The notes beneath the pieces were generated by a model. It was not told the DNA's origin, searched no databases, and saw only the letters and a program-made list of their open reading frames with translations. From a virus: a stretch of DNA of 64,000 nt. A program made the position numbers and the translations under genes. The number at the start of each line of letters is the position of its first letter. The first letter of the stretch is position 1. The stretch spans positions 21,232 to 85,231 of IMG/VR virus record IMGVR_UViG_3300033049_000041; one strand, given 5' to 3'. Positions 54,952-64,000 of this stretch are shown here, in pieces.

Positions 54952-55346
54952 TATTTAGTATTTTTAATAACTGTATCTACGATATAGTTAAACTTCTTAC
55001 CTAATTCAAATGCTTCAGATATACTAACGCTATTACCTTTAAATAACAGGTATATATTAGTTGCATTGTTTGTAGGTAAACTAAATAGTGGTACAGCTTC
55101 AGTCATAAGACCATTTAGACATACTTCTATAGTCTCTACCTCTTTCTTAGTTAATGGTGGAGATATTGAAGTTGGAATTTCTTCTAGTTTATGAATATTT
55201 CTTACTATAAAACCTTGTATTAATTCAATATCATAAAAAGTTTCATCCTTTACAATAGAAGTATTCTTACCTTCCATATATAGTAAGAACTCGTCCCATG
55301 ATAAACCTAGTTTACCTAAGTTTATTTTTAATTTTGATTCTAACAT
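54951..55346 (-). CDS. hypothetical protein
   Basis: 131-aa ORF. Confidence 0.7.
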   Translation of the reverse strand: MLESKLKINLGKLGLSWDEFLLYMEGKNTSIVKDETFYDIELIQGFIVRNIHKLEEIPTSISPPLTKKEVETIEVCLNGLMTEAVPLFSLPTNNATNIYLLFKGNSVSISEAFELGKKFNYIVDTVIKNTK

Positions 55347-55376
55347 TTTAGTTTAGTTTTTAGTAATGTATAAGGT

Positions 55377-55643
55377 TTAACGTTCGTACCAATACCAATT
55401 ATCATCATTAGTATCGTGTTCACCTGTAAAATATTCATCAGGTGGTTGTTGTTCTTTTTTTGGCTTATTATGCTTTCGTTCTTCTACCAAGTTGATAACT
55501 ACAACGAATTTACCGTCATTCTTACCTCCTTCACAGAGACTAACAACCGCTTTAACAAATCTTTTAGCAAAATCGTTAGCAACTTTCTTATCGTAAAAAA
55601 ATACTCGTTTACGTTTTAGTGGTTTATTTTTATAATTAGCCAT
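55377..55643 (-). CDS. hypothetical protein
   Basis: 88-aa ORF. Confidence 0.65.
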   Translation of the reverse strand: MANYKNKPLKRKRVFFYDKKVANDFAKRFVKAVVSLCEGGKNDGKFVVVINLVEERKHNKPKKEQQPPDEYFTGEHDTNDDNWYWYER

Positions 55644-55645
55644 AG

Positions 55646-55837
55646 TTAATAATCTTTAGTAATAAATAAAGTCAATCGGATTAGTAAATATGCTCCGTAA
55701 GCGACTAGAATAGTAATGCCTCCTAGTTTTACATAAGGTACATTAATATACCCTAAATCAGCTAATCCTTTGATGATAATACCTAATACTACTACTATCT
55801 TAGCTCTAAATAATGCTTGTTTTGTTTTTCTGTCCAT
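55646..55837 (-). CDS. small membrane protein
   Basis: Two hydrophobic segments. Confidence 0.65.
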   Translation of the reverse strand: MDRKTKQALFRAKIVVVLGIIIKGLADLGYINVPYVKLGGITILVAYGAYLLIRLTLFITKDY

Positions 55838-55854
55838 TGTGGTGTGAATTATGT

Positions 55855-56325
55855 TTAGAAATCAATATCGTGGTCAGCTCCTCCATGTCTATATCTGCGT
55901 CTACGTATACGTCCACTACTACATTGTACGCTAACTAACTTTAGCTTACCAAAGTAGTTCTTACGATAACGAGTAATTTTACTATCAGCTATCTTATTTG
56001 GATTAGGTAAATTACCTGTTCGTTGTACAAAACTTATTCTATGATATACTATATTGTTGATAAGTTGCCTTAAATCACCAAGTAAACAATTTACTCTATA
56101 ATCTGAAGGTCTCAATATAGGATAATCATGCTGATTTCTAGGTAAATTACTAACTTCTTCTACAGTAGTCTCATTGTTGAAATCGAATATAGTCTTATAC
56201 TGTTTCAGTATAATTCTTTTAATTCTATTCTTTGAGTAACCTCTCAATTTAAATAAGCTCATTCCAAATTCTACCGTATCTATTTTTTCTGATAGGCAAA
56301 GAAAAGCTATCTGCTGGTCGTCCAT
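55855..56325 (-). CDS. hypothetical protein, paralog of 56249..56596
   Basis: Shared FK..GYSKN..KR motif. Confidence 0.7.
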   Translation of the reverse strand: MDDQQIAFLCLSEKIDTVEFGMSLFKLRGYSKNRIKRIILKQYKTIFDFNNETTVEEVSNLPRNQHDYPILRPSDYRVNCLLGDLRQLINNIVYHRISFVQRTGNLPNPNKIADSKITRYRKNYFGKLKLVSVQCSSGRIRRRRYRHGGADHDIDF

Positions 56326-56596
56326 GACTGAATTTTAATTTGTTTGAAGTAAACCAAGAAAACATCAAATAAGAATTAAGTTCTACAAATACTAACTGAA
56401 AATTAACAATTGATATGGTGTACGTGTACCTTAATGGTGCATGATACCCATGACGTTGACTAATCTTTTTAAGTGTCTGTATGACTAATCTCTTACTCTT
56501 GTTCTTTGAATATCCTAAGCGCTTAAACATCATAAAACCTATGTCAGGAGCACCATTTAGAATAACCTTACCTATTTCTAAATCTCTTTGATTCAT
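56249..56596 (-). CDS. hypothetical protein
   Basis: 115-aa ORF. Confidence 0.65.
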   Translation of the reverse strand: MNQRDLEIGKVILNGAPDIGFMMFKRLGYSKNKSKRLVIQTLKKISQRHGYHAPLRYTYTISIVNFQLVFVELNSYLMFSWFTSNKLKFSHGRPADSFSLPIRKNRYGRIWNELI

Positions 56597-56992
56597 ATTC
56601 TGTATTTGATTAAAAAATCCCTCTTTGCGAATGAATAGTCATTATAGTAGCTTACACTACAATAAAATATCTCTACTCTGCAACAAGTATCGTGAAGTCA
56701 GTCCCCCAGGATTTTAGTTTAGTTCCAAAACGTGTGTTACTAGCTGATTTCATACACATTCTACTACATCAATTACCCTTTCGGTTTAAGCCTATTTGCA
56801 GCTGCACCCTCAGATGAGAACACAGTTAGACATCATCTATTCGTAATCTAGGTAGATGTAGCTACCCGTTATAGTGAAAAATAAATACTATCAAATAAAT
56901 AGCAGCCAGACGCTCGAACTTCTGGCTGCACGCAATTTGTAGAAAACCCCACGTTTTCCCCAAGATTATTTATAAAAATAACTTGTTTACTC

Positions 56993-57052
56993 CACTCTGC
57001 ATTTACACGGACTTGTGACCGTCAAGTATTGCTACTTGGTTGCATTAAAGTA
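56993..57052 (-). ncRNA. twister ribozyme (type P1)
   Basis: TACTT-TAA-TGCA-AC-CAAGTAGCAATACTTG-ACGGTCACAAGTCCGT-GTAAA-TGCA-GAGTG follows the twister consensus layout. Confidence 0.82.
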
Positions 57053-57467
57053 ATCATTAAATAGTGACAGTAGGAGTGAAACAAAGCGTCCTGCAATGTT
57101 CCAACTCCTACATTAGTCATAAATACTCACTCATCATATAAACCGAAAGGATACTTGTATACTATATCCAAAGTCCCATAAGGACATAGTAGTATGAACC
57201 TTTCAATCTCCTCAATATGAATTCTTAAAAGCATCAGGCGTAAACACCCCTGTTCTAACTATTCACACATTAAAAATGGTTAAAAAGTGCCTGATGCTTT
57301 ATATTGTAGTAACTCCCTGTTGATTTCAAAACGACTATCCGTATTAAGGTATTTGAAAATATTATTGCTAATTATTTGGGAGTTACTAAATCTTTATAGT
57401 TTTTGCAAAACTAGGAGACCTACTACAATCTCCTAGTAAAACATGAATGCAAAAACAACTTATTATA

Positions 57468-57875
57468 TTATATGTAAAGACTCATTCGTTCTTTACTTAG
57501 AGTTTCTTTCCAGTCAATTCCTCCATGGGAATCTAATACTTCTTGGAGTTTCTTAATTGTTACTTGAAAATCTTCTTCGCCATAACCTTCAAATAATGGC
57601 TCTTCTTGGTTTGGCATACATTCTGCTGTTTCCCAAGTAATACCAAATTCTCTAAAGCCATTCTCTGACTTACATGCATTATTCTTATTGATTTGAACAC
57701 TAAATGTATTACCATCCATACATACCAATGATGGTACAAAGAAGAAGGTAGTTTTATAATCTAAAGGCTTATTTAAGTTAGCATTAAATGATGTTAATTC
57801 ACTTTGGAATATAACAGTGATAACTAATCGAAGGTATAACTCTAAGGTCATACCCTTATTGTCTTTATTTGTCAT
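57468..57875 (-). CDS. phage hypothetical protein
   Basis: VCMDGNTFSVQ...HGGID pattern. Confidence 0.72.
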   Translation of the reverse strand: MTNKDNKGMTLELYLRLVITVIFQSELTSFNANLNKPLDYKTTFFFVPSLVCMDGNTFSVQINKNNACKSENGFREFGITWETAECMPNQEEPLFEGYGEEDFQVTIKKLQEVLDSHGGIDWKETLSKERMSLYI

Positions 57876-57964
57876 TGTTTGTGGTGTTTGAATAAAATAA
57901 AAGGGATCTCGTGAATTTACTAATTTTACTATATTGCTTCAAAATACAGTGAGATCCCTAATTC

Positions 57965-58159
57965 TTAATTATTTTCGTTTAAAGATGCTTCATACATCTC
58001 TTTATTCTTTCTTATTTTATCAATTCTTTCTTGTAGCTTATCTATCTTAGCTTTATCATTAAGTGCATTTCTCTTAATAGTAAGTGTATTGATTTGTCCA
58101 GCACAGTAATTGATAGACTTCTTTAGATTGGCTTCGGTTTTGTCATTATTGTATCCCAT
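57965..58159 (-). CDS. small coiled-coil protein
   Basis: ATG at 58159. Confidence 0.6.
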   Translation of the reverse strand: MGYNNDKTEANLKKSINYCAGQINTLTIKRNALNDKAKIDKLQERIDKIRKNKEMYEASLNENN

Positions 58160-58208
58160 AATAGTATAGTATTTAAAGATTAACAAAAAGTAAATCCTAT
58201 TTAAAGAT

Positions 58209-58445
58209 TTACTTTTTAGTAACTATAAATTGAGCACCTACAGCAGGATGGTCTCCAGCCTTAATAATATTATAAGTCTTAGATATTAAACCTTCTACTT
58301 GTTTCATGTAGTCCTCTACATCCACGTTTTTACCTTTTGTGTAATGTTGTAACATACAATCAGAACTAAAATAGGTTTCACCTTCATCTAATTCTTTTAA
58401 TATCATATTTGCACCTTTACGTGCCATTTCATTGGTAAGTGACAT
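58209..58445 (-). CDS. hypothetical protein
   Basis: 78-aa ORF. Confidence 0.65.
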   Translation of the reverse strand: MSLTNEMARKGANMILKELDEGETYFSSDCMLQHYTKGKNVDVEDYMKQVEGLISKTYNIIKAGDHPAVGAQFIVTKK

Positions 58446-58448
58446 AGT

Positions 58449-58757
58449 TTATTGGGTTTTATTTTGATTTCTTTCCCGTAATTTAGCTATAAAGATTTTA
58501 ACTTGGTTATCCGAAAATCTACCTAACAGGCTACATATAACTGATGCAGCTAATAGTTCTCTCATAGGTAATTGATACATATCGGGATACATACTAGCAA
58601 CAATAGCATACACACTTAGTACTAATAATACTTCTCTACCAATTATGGTAGTTAAGACTATTACTAGCATAAATAATTGGTAAATTAATGTTAGCTTAGG
58701 TATATCTTTAAGCTCTTCGTCTGGTACTTCTGGGATATTTGGTGGTTTATTTGTCAT
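58449..58757 (-). CDS. membrane protein
   Basis: Hydrophobic segments. Confidence 0.65.
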   Translation of the reverse strand: MTNKPPNIPEVPDEELKDIPKLTLIYQLFMLVIVLTTIIGREVLLVLSVYAIVASMYPDMYQLPMRELLAASVICSLLGRFSDNQVKIFIAKLRERNQNKTQ

Positions 58758-58889
58758 CTTTAGTTAGTTAGTTTAGGAAAAAGTAACACTTCCCTTGAAT
58801 TAAATCAGCTCCACCACAAAGCAGGAAGTGTCAAAAAACAATAACACTACATGAACGCAGATTATTTTTCTTTAGTGGTGTTTTATATT

Positions 58890-59297
58890 TTATATATCTT
58901 TGGTGTAGACTCCTCTAAATCGTGCATATTTCACAATGTCTTCACGCTCTTCGGACAAGAAACCTAATGTCTTATGAGTTCTCATAATACTAATAACAAT
59001 GGCACCTAATCCAGTCACAAATGCTCTAGTAGACCATTTAGTTATTAATAGGGATTTATCCGTAACAGCATTGAATATAATGCCGTATACCTTATCTGAA
59101 TCCAAATTAATACCATCAATAACTCGTGCTTCATAAGCAATAATAACATCGTATTTATATACTTCCTCGTCAATTACTTTACGTAATTGATTTTCACTAA
59201 ATGGACCTTCACTATTAGTACTTTTAAATGGTACTAGCTCATGAATTAATGTTTTGTCTCGTAATGGTTTTACATAAACTACTGTATGATTATTCAT
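58890..59297 (-). CDS. hypothetical protein
   Basis: 135-aa ORF. Confidence 0.7.
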   Translation of the reverse strand: MNNHTVVYVKPLRDKTLIHELVPFKSTNSEGPFSENQLRKVIDEEVYKYDVIIAYEARVIDGINLDSDKVYGIIFNAVTDKSLLITKWSTRAFVTGLGAIVISIMRTHKTLGFLSEEREDIVKYARFRGVYTKDI

Positions 59298-59334
59298 TGT
59301 TATTGTTTCTTGTGGTGATTTAATGCGATTGTTT

Positions 59335-59907
59335 TTATTGTACTATTACGTGTTCTATTAATATTCTGTTTATAATTATTCTAAGCTCTTTTTGACTAAC
59401 CATGCTACTTAAATCACCTACCGCATGGTAAAGATTTTGAAGATTTACCTGTTTATCAAATATAAGAGCTAATAGAGCTATTAAACATGTACTAGTTTTA
59501 GCTACTACATAGTTAGTACCTTTGTTATAATTATGTAGTTTACGAGTAAGCCATTTGCTTTTAATTCTGTATAAGAATTTTAACTTAGGATTAGTGTGTA
59601 CTAACTTACTTACGTCGTCTATACAAGCTTGTATCAAATCTTTTTGCTCATTACTTTGGTATTTATCTTCAAGTAATGGCATTATTGCAAGTAATAGCTG
59701 CTTAACTATAATATCAGTGTCTCTTGTAGTTAATTCTGCATGATTAGATAAGTACCATACATAATCTGATAATGGTAACATTTTTATAGCTTTATGTACA
59801 GTAAATATACCATCCTCATTAAATGGAAATGGTAAGTTATTTATATCATCTTTACTATAACAACCAGGATGCTCTAATAAATATTCTCTAGTAAATCCAG
59901 TCTTCAT
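59335..59907 (-). CDS. EYLL..GCY family protein, copy 1
   Basis: N-terminus and LPL.D..W motif shared with 62638 and 63248. Confidence 0.75.
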   Translation of the reverse strand: MKTGFTREYLLEHPGCYSKDDINNLPFPFNEDGIFTVHKAIKMLPLSDYVWYLSNHAELTTRDTDIIVKQLLLAIMPLLEDKYQSNEQKDLIQACIDDVSKLVHTNPKLKFLYRIKSKWLTRKLHNYNKGTNYVVAKTSTCLIALLALIFDKQVNLQNLYHAVGDLSSMVSQKELRIIINRILIEHVIVQ

Positions 59908-60120
59908 CTTTAGTTAGTTTAGTTTAAATAAAACGCACGATTTTCACGCCCTAATCTGCAGTTAGCAGAACCTTTATTTATATCTTCTAAGGTAAGCGCT
60001 CCCAACCACTACAGTCAGGAACGCTGTCAACCCTAATGAAGATTCTTATTGTTTATTAGATTAAAAACACCCTTAACCGTTATGAGAAGTTAAGGGTGCA
60101 AATAATAATACTAATGAAAC

Positions 60121-60672
60121 TTAAGTATTTCTCTTTATTTGTTTTGTTCTATACAATTGAGTGATGTGTTCTTGAGTCTCAACTATATCTATACCTCCAA
60201 ATCCTTTAATAGCATTTATTAGGTCGATATATCTGATTCTTATAGTTTCATCATCATCATTATCTACGTATTTTCTTAAGCCTGTCCAGATATTCTCAGA
60301 TACCCAATCCTTATTAATATCAAAGTTTGAGTTCTCTATCTCAGTCAATGCATAGCCTGCATAACCAATTTCTGCTGATACACTTCTGTTATTTGCTATA
60401 AACAGTCTATCTCCATTCTTTAGATAGATTGGAAATGACATAGCTTTGAGTTCACTAGTATATATGAACTCTTCAGTAACTGGCTCAGTGTGATGTAATA
60501 ATGCAATAGCATAGAAATATCCTATCAAGAATGAAAATGCGTCTATTTTAGTAGTTTTGTTCACTTTTATTGTTTTTATTATGGTGTAAGAAAAATGGTG
60601 GGCTGAATTGAGATAGCAGCCCACCATACAGAACCCATTTGTAATGATGATTACTTTCCCCAAAATAATCAT
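60121..60672 (-). CDS. hypothetical protein (true start probably downstream)
   Basis: 183-aa ORF whose 5' part overlaps a hairpin. Confidence 0.6.
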   Translation of the reverse strand: MIILGKVIIITNGFCMVGCYLNSAHHFSYTIIKTIKVNKTTKIDAFSFLIGYFYAIALLHHTEPVTEEFIYTSELKAMSFPIYLKNGDRLFIANNRSVSAEIGYAGYALTEIENSNFDINKDWVSENIWTGLRKYVDNDDDETIRIRYIDLINAIKGFGGIDIVETQEHITQLYRTKQIKRNT

Positions 60673-60674
60673 TA

Positions 60675-61022
60675 TTACGTAACAGGATGTAAGTTTAAAT
60701 ATTTTTGTTGTTCATCAAGCGCTTTAGCATGTACTCGATTAAGAAAATCCAATACTATTTTCTCTAAAGCTAAGGGAAACCTTATGTTTATTTCTAGAAT
60801 ACTACCAATTATAATTGGTTGGTATAATTTCACATAACATAGTTGTGGATTATCTTCAATACTAGTATCTTTGATGAATAATCTCCATTCGTCATTTAGT
60901 CTATCAACTAGACGTGAAGGATGGAAAGAATTTTCAATAAAGAATAATTGATCTAAAGATATTTTACCTGCTATAATAGCAGGCTTTAGTTCGATGTTAA
61001 ATTTTTCTGGTACTGTTATCAT
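60675..61022 (-). CDS. hypothetical protein, paralog of 62202..62570
   Basis: ILEINIRFPLALEKIVLDFL versus ILAIEVILPVSMKKSVTHFL. Confidence 0.7.
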   Translation of the reverse strand: MITVPEKFNIELKPAIIAGKISLDQLFFIENSFHPSRLVDRLNDEWRLFIKDTSIEDNPQLCYVKLYQPIIIGSILEINIRFPLALEKIVLDFLNRVHAKALDEQQKYLNLHPVT

Positions 61023-61061
61023 TACTACTGATTTTTAATGGTGATTAAAATAAAAGAGAGA

Positions 61062-61424
61062 TTAAATAGATATTACTATCTCATAAGTCTCTTCAATGTT
61101 AACACCATTCTCTGTAATGACTTTGTTCATATTAGGTAAAGTCAATGTCTTTTGGTCTAAATGATAACGACCAGCTCTGTGTAACATATCCATAGTGGAT
61201 ACTTTAGCAGTAGACTTAATCTTGATTTCAACAGTCGCTCTACTACCTTTGATTGTTCCAGAAGAACTCTCTTTAATAGTCACATTAGTAAGATTCTTGT
61301 TGAACATGAACTCACTAATAACATAATCTCTATTCATCAACACAACATATGTATTTGAAGTTTGAGCATTGATAGTAGATACAAAAGAAACTAAAACGAT
61401 TGCGAATGCGATTAAATTTTTCAT
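61062..61424 (-). CDS. secreted protein
   Basis: Signal peptide ending NAQ. Confidence 0.72.
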   Translation of the reverse strand: MKNLIAFAIVLVSFVSTINAQTSNTYVVLMNRDYVISEFMFNKNLTNVTIKESSSGTIKGSRATVEIKIKSTAKVSTMDMLHRAGRYHLDQKTLTLPNMNKVITENGVNIEETYEIVISI

Positions 61425-61477
61425 AGTTATTGTTTTTAAGTATTATGGTGGTGTAAATTAAATATTAATATTATTGT

Positions 61478-61834
61478 TTATAAAAGTATTTTTTTAGTTA
61501 TGTCCTCTAAGACTTCATCAAGAACTTTATCTGAAGCTTCATCAGGAAATGTCTTAGGGTCAAGTCTATATTGTATTAACTCGTCTAATGTCATCTCTCC
61601 GCTATTTACTTTAGCAGCACAGCATATACAAGGTACAAACCCTGTATGCTTACCAGCCTTGCTTCTATCAGCCCAGAATGGACGATTAGCACCATAAGCA
61701 TCATTAATAAAAGATGCAATGCAGCAGGTTGGATAGCCGTAGATAACTCCATAAAGAATCTGATTTAAATCAGTTTCAATATCATCTGAGCTACGTATTA
61801 ATAACGTAGCTTTTGCTACTGCATGTTTGTTCAT
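61478..61834 (-). CDS. Cys-rich phage protein
   Basis: GYPTCCIASF...TGFVPCICC. Confidence 0.72.
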   Translation of the reverse strand: MNKHAVAKATLLIRSSDDIETDLNQILYGVIYGYPTCCIASFINDAYGANRPFWADRSKAGKHTGFVPCICCAAKVNSGEMTLDELIQYRLDPKTFPDEASDKVLDEVLEDITKKILL

Positions 61835-61950
61835 GTTACTTATTGTTGTGGTGATTTAATTAATTAATTCCCATCACTATTTAACAGAGGCTTTGGACTC
61901 TCATCTTTCGATGGCTAGTTTAGAATTACAGACTCCGAAGAGCCTGTTTA

Positions 61951-62199
61951 TTATTTTGGTAGTATACTATTACTTGTTACTTTGATGTCTAAGTCAGTTT
62001 GAGCATGAAATGAATGTTCTATACCACAACCACAATTAACGGTGTCTATGGCATCAAATACTGGCTCTTTGAACGTTTCGTTAACAGGACTCATACAATT
62101 GATATTTATGTACGAATCTTCTAAAACATGTTGTTCACCACATTCACAAGTAATGATTATTCTTGCAACTGTATAAACTTCGGTTATTTTGCTTGACAT
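61951..62199 (-). CDS. small putative zinc-binding protein
   Basis: CECG...CGCG. Confidence 0.65.
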   Translation of the reverse strand: MSSKITEVYTVARIIITCECGEQHVLEDSYININCMSPVNETFKEPVFDAIDTVNCGCGIEHSFHAQTDLDIKVTSNSILPK

Positions 62200-62201
62200 A
62201 A

Positions 62202-62570
62202 TTATAAGATATTTGACTCAGCTTTCATTGTTATATCCATTTCATACTGTTTTTTTAACATAGCAGCATAAAACTCTAAGAAGTGTGTAACAGATTTTTT
62301 CATACTAACTGGTAATATTACCTCAATAGCAAGTATATCCTCAACTGATTCATCTAGTTGAAATACTACTGCATCTACGTCTTTAACAGAACTAGGAAAG
62401 GTAATAGGAAACTTCTTCCAATGATTATTTAGCATCATAGTCAATGCAGCTACTAGTTCCTGACTAGGCATTATACGCATGAAATTGATTTGATTCAATT
62501 TCAGTGTTATTCTTAGTGTATGAGGTTTGAAGTCATACACTAGGTCTTCGGGTTGTTCTAATTGTTTCAT
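62202..62570 (-). CDS. hypothetical protein
   Basis: 122-aa ORF. Confidence 0.7.
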   Translation of the reverse strand: MKQLEQPEDLVYDFKPHTLRITLKLNQINFMRIMPSQELVAALTMMLNNHWKKFPITFPSSVKDVDAVVFQLDESVEDILAIEVILPVSMKKSVTHFLEFYAAMLKKQYEMDITMKAESNIL

Positions 62571-62637
62571 TTCTTAAGGTTTTTGTACGATAAATCGCTC
62601 TGTATGCTGCGAACATACAAAGCCTTATTATCGTACA

Positions 62638-63288
62638 CTATATTTTAGTGATTTTAATATCATCTGGAATAGAGTCAATACACTCTAGTAATAAGGTTCT
62701 GAATTGTTTCTCAAGTCCTTTAGGCATATTGCTGTAATGGTCTTTGTCAGACAGGTCAATTATACGTGTTAACACTAATCGTAAGTCTGCACAACTAGAT
62801 TCAATACCACTGTATAGAAATAAACCATCTGCAGAATCTCTAAGTACAGAGATAACTACTGAGTCAGAATGAGCATAGTTAGTCTTACTACCTATATAGT
62901 TTAGCTTATCTCTAAGAGATTGCCATTCCATATCACTAATACGATTAATACCTTCAGTCTTCTTGTACAATTCTTTAATCTTTGCTACTACTTCAAGTAT
63001 ATCACCATCCTCAACTATTGGTATAAGGAAGTTAATCATACTAATAAGAGTATTACTAACATCTTGCTGAGTTAAGTTAGTCTTCATTGCAAAGAACCAA
63101 CAGAAGTCTTTTAGCGGTAGATGCTTGTACAATTTACTTAATGGTATTTCTACCTCATCTGCTCCAAGCCATGCTCTAAAACACTCAAATCTACGAGTAT
63201 TGTGCTTTCTATAAAGATTGTTACTCTGATTTTCTGAGTAACAACCCCTATTGCTTAGTAGGTATTCTTTGTTGAATATCTTTTTCAT
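62638..63288 (-). CDS. EYLL..GCY family protein, copy 2
   Basis: EYLLSNRGCYS, LPLKDFCWF. Confidence 0.75.
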   Translation of the reverse strand: MKKIFNKEYLLSNRGCYSENQSNNLYRKHNTRRFECFRAWLGADEVEIPLSKLYKHLPLKDFCWFFAMKTNLTQQDVSNTLISMINFLIPIVEDGDILEVVAKIKELYKKTEGINRISDMEWQSLRDKLNYIGSKTNYAHSDSVVISVLRDSADGLFLYSGIESSCADLRLVLTRIIDLSDKDHYSNMPKGLEKQFRTLLLECIDSIPDDIKITKI

Positions 63289-63844
63289 TAGGTTTAGTTA
63301 TGTAGTTGATTAAGAATTGTTTGAATTGAGGTAGTATATGTTCTGGATAATTAGGTATGTGGTGTATATCAGCTATGTTAGACAAAGCTAAGTAAGTATT
63401 ATGTAGTGTACAATCTTCACTATTTGTCAAAGCATCTACAACATCTACAAGGGTGTATAATACTGCCCTAGTAAGCCTGTTATTATACTCGTATTGCTTT
63501 AGTATTTCACATCTAAGTTGATAATAGTCTACCTTGTTTTCCTTATCATCATTAGTAGGAATAGCAATTACTGCATTAGCTAGTGAAGACACTTTTTCTG
63601 TAGTAACTAAGTTTGTAATAAACTTAACAATTTCTACAGTTAATTCTCTAGCTTCCTCAATAGTTTCTACAGCTACACAACTCAAAAACCAACAAAAATC
63701 ATCTAATGGTAATAGCTCTAGTAATTCTTCTACTGTAACTAATTCTCCCTCTTTCTTATAAACATCATACAGTGCTACTGCATGTTTACGTGTGTAGCAT
63801 CCTGTGTTATCCAACAAGTACTCTAAATCAAATTCAGTTTTCAT
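63248..63844 (-). CDS. EYLL..GCY family protein, copy 3
   Basis: EYLLDNTGCYT, LPLDDFCWF. Confidence 0.75.
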   Translation of the reverse strand: MKTEFDLEYLLDNTGCYTRKHAVALYDVYKKEGELVTVEELLELLPLDDFCWFLSCVAVETIEEARELTVEIVKFITNLVTTEKVSSLANAVIAIPTNDDKENKVDYYQLRCEILKQYEYNNRLTRAVLYTLVDVVDALTNSEDCTLHNTYLALSNIADIHHIPNYPEHILPQFKQFLINYITKPNEKDIQQRIPTKQ

Positions 63845-64000
63845 GGTTAGTATTCTTTGATTTTAAATTTAACACCAGGATGCATATAAGAATATGTTGC
63901 AATAGCAATTCTAGCACTTCCAACTGTTTTATACTGTCTAGCAATGTCCTTATTTTTAGTAAGTATGCCCTTGATAGTATAATCTTGAGTCATTGTACCA

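Noticed and set aside
61872-61949. c-di-GMP-I riboswitch-like stretch (CATC-GAAA-GATG...CAAAGCCTC)
   Set aside because: Lacks the GGCAAAC and GACGCAAAG consensus and a clear second stem; at most an unassigned hairpin region
1856-63761. All plus-strand ORFs in the track (e.g. 34267..34671, 45483..45950, 49173..49505)
   Set aside because: They lie antisense to better minus-strand genes or RNAs and have the Ser/Ile/Leu-rich composition of shadow frames
1-64000. Stop-codon reassignment suggested by the UUA loop at about 4925
   Set aside because: Conserved genes end normally at TAA, TAG or TGA and coding density is high under the standard code
1-64000. CRISPR array or IS element
   Set aside because: No regularly spaced identical repeats and no transposase motifs; the recurring GGTTCGA strings are tRNA T loops

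Overview
AT-rich 64-kb segment, read almost entirely on the minus strand, of a large (jumbo-type) bacteriophage, probably infecting Bacteroidota (inferred from A-rich leaders without clear Shine-Dalgarno sites, lipoproteins and Bacteroidota-like tRNA/rRNA-like sequence). No virion genes are present. Recognisable proteins: ATP-dependent DNA ligase, DnaX-like clamp loader, a full Ro60/TROVE-vWA protein plus a second short TROVE-like protein, two macrodomain-type ADP-ribosylhydrolases (one MavL-like), two HNH endonucleases, a SleB-like hydrolase, two ABC-type ATPases and a GGQ-less release-factor-like domain. The rest are about 100 small hypotheticals. The RNA content is the striking part: 25 tRNAs covering all 20 amino acids and a tmRNA; six chimeric RNAs that join one shared stem module (RTAYTRAWW-stem-TTACTTCG) to tRNA domains in several topologies, a candidate Ro60/Y-RNA system; a YrlA-topology RNA; a 416-nt RNA whose ends rebuild the 23S rRNA L11-binding (GTPase) centre; many anticodon-less or anticodon-replaced tRNA scaffolds; a hammerhead and a twister ribozyme; and a duplicated unknown structured motif. 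All folds and family calls were made by eye, no searches were run, and RNA ends may be off by a few nt.
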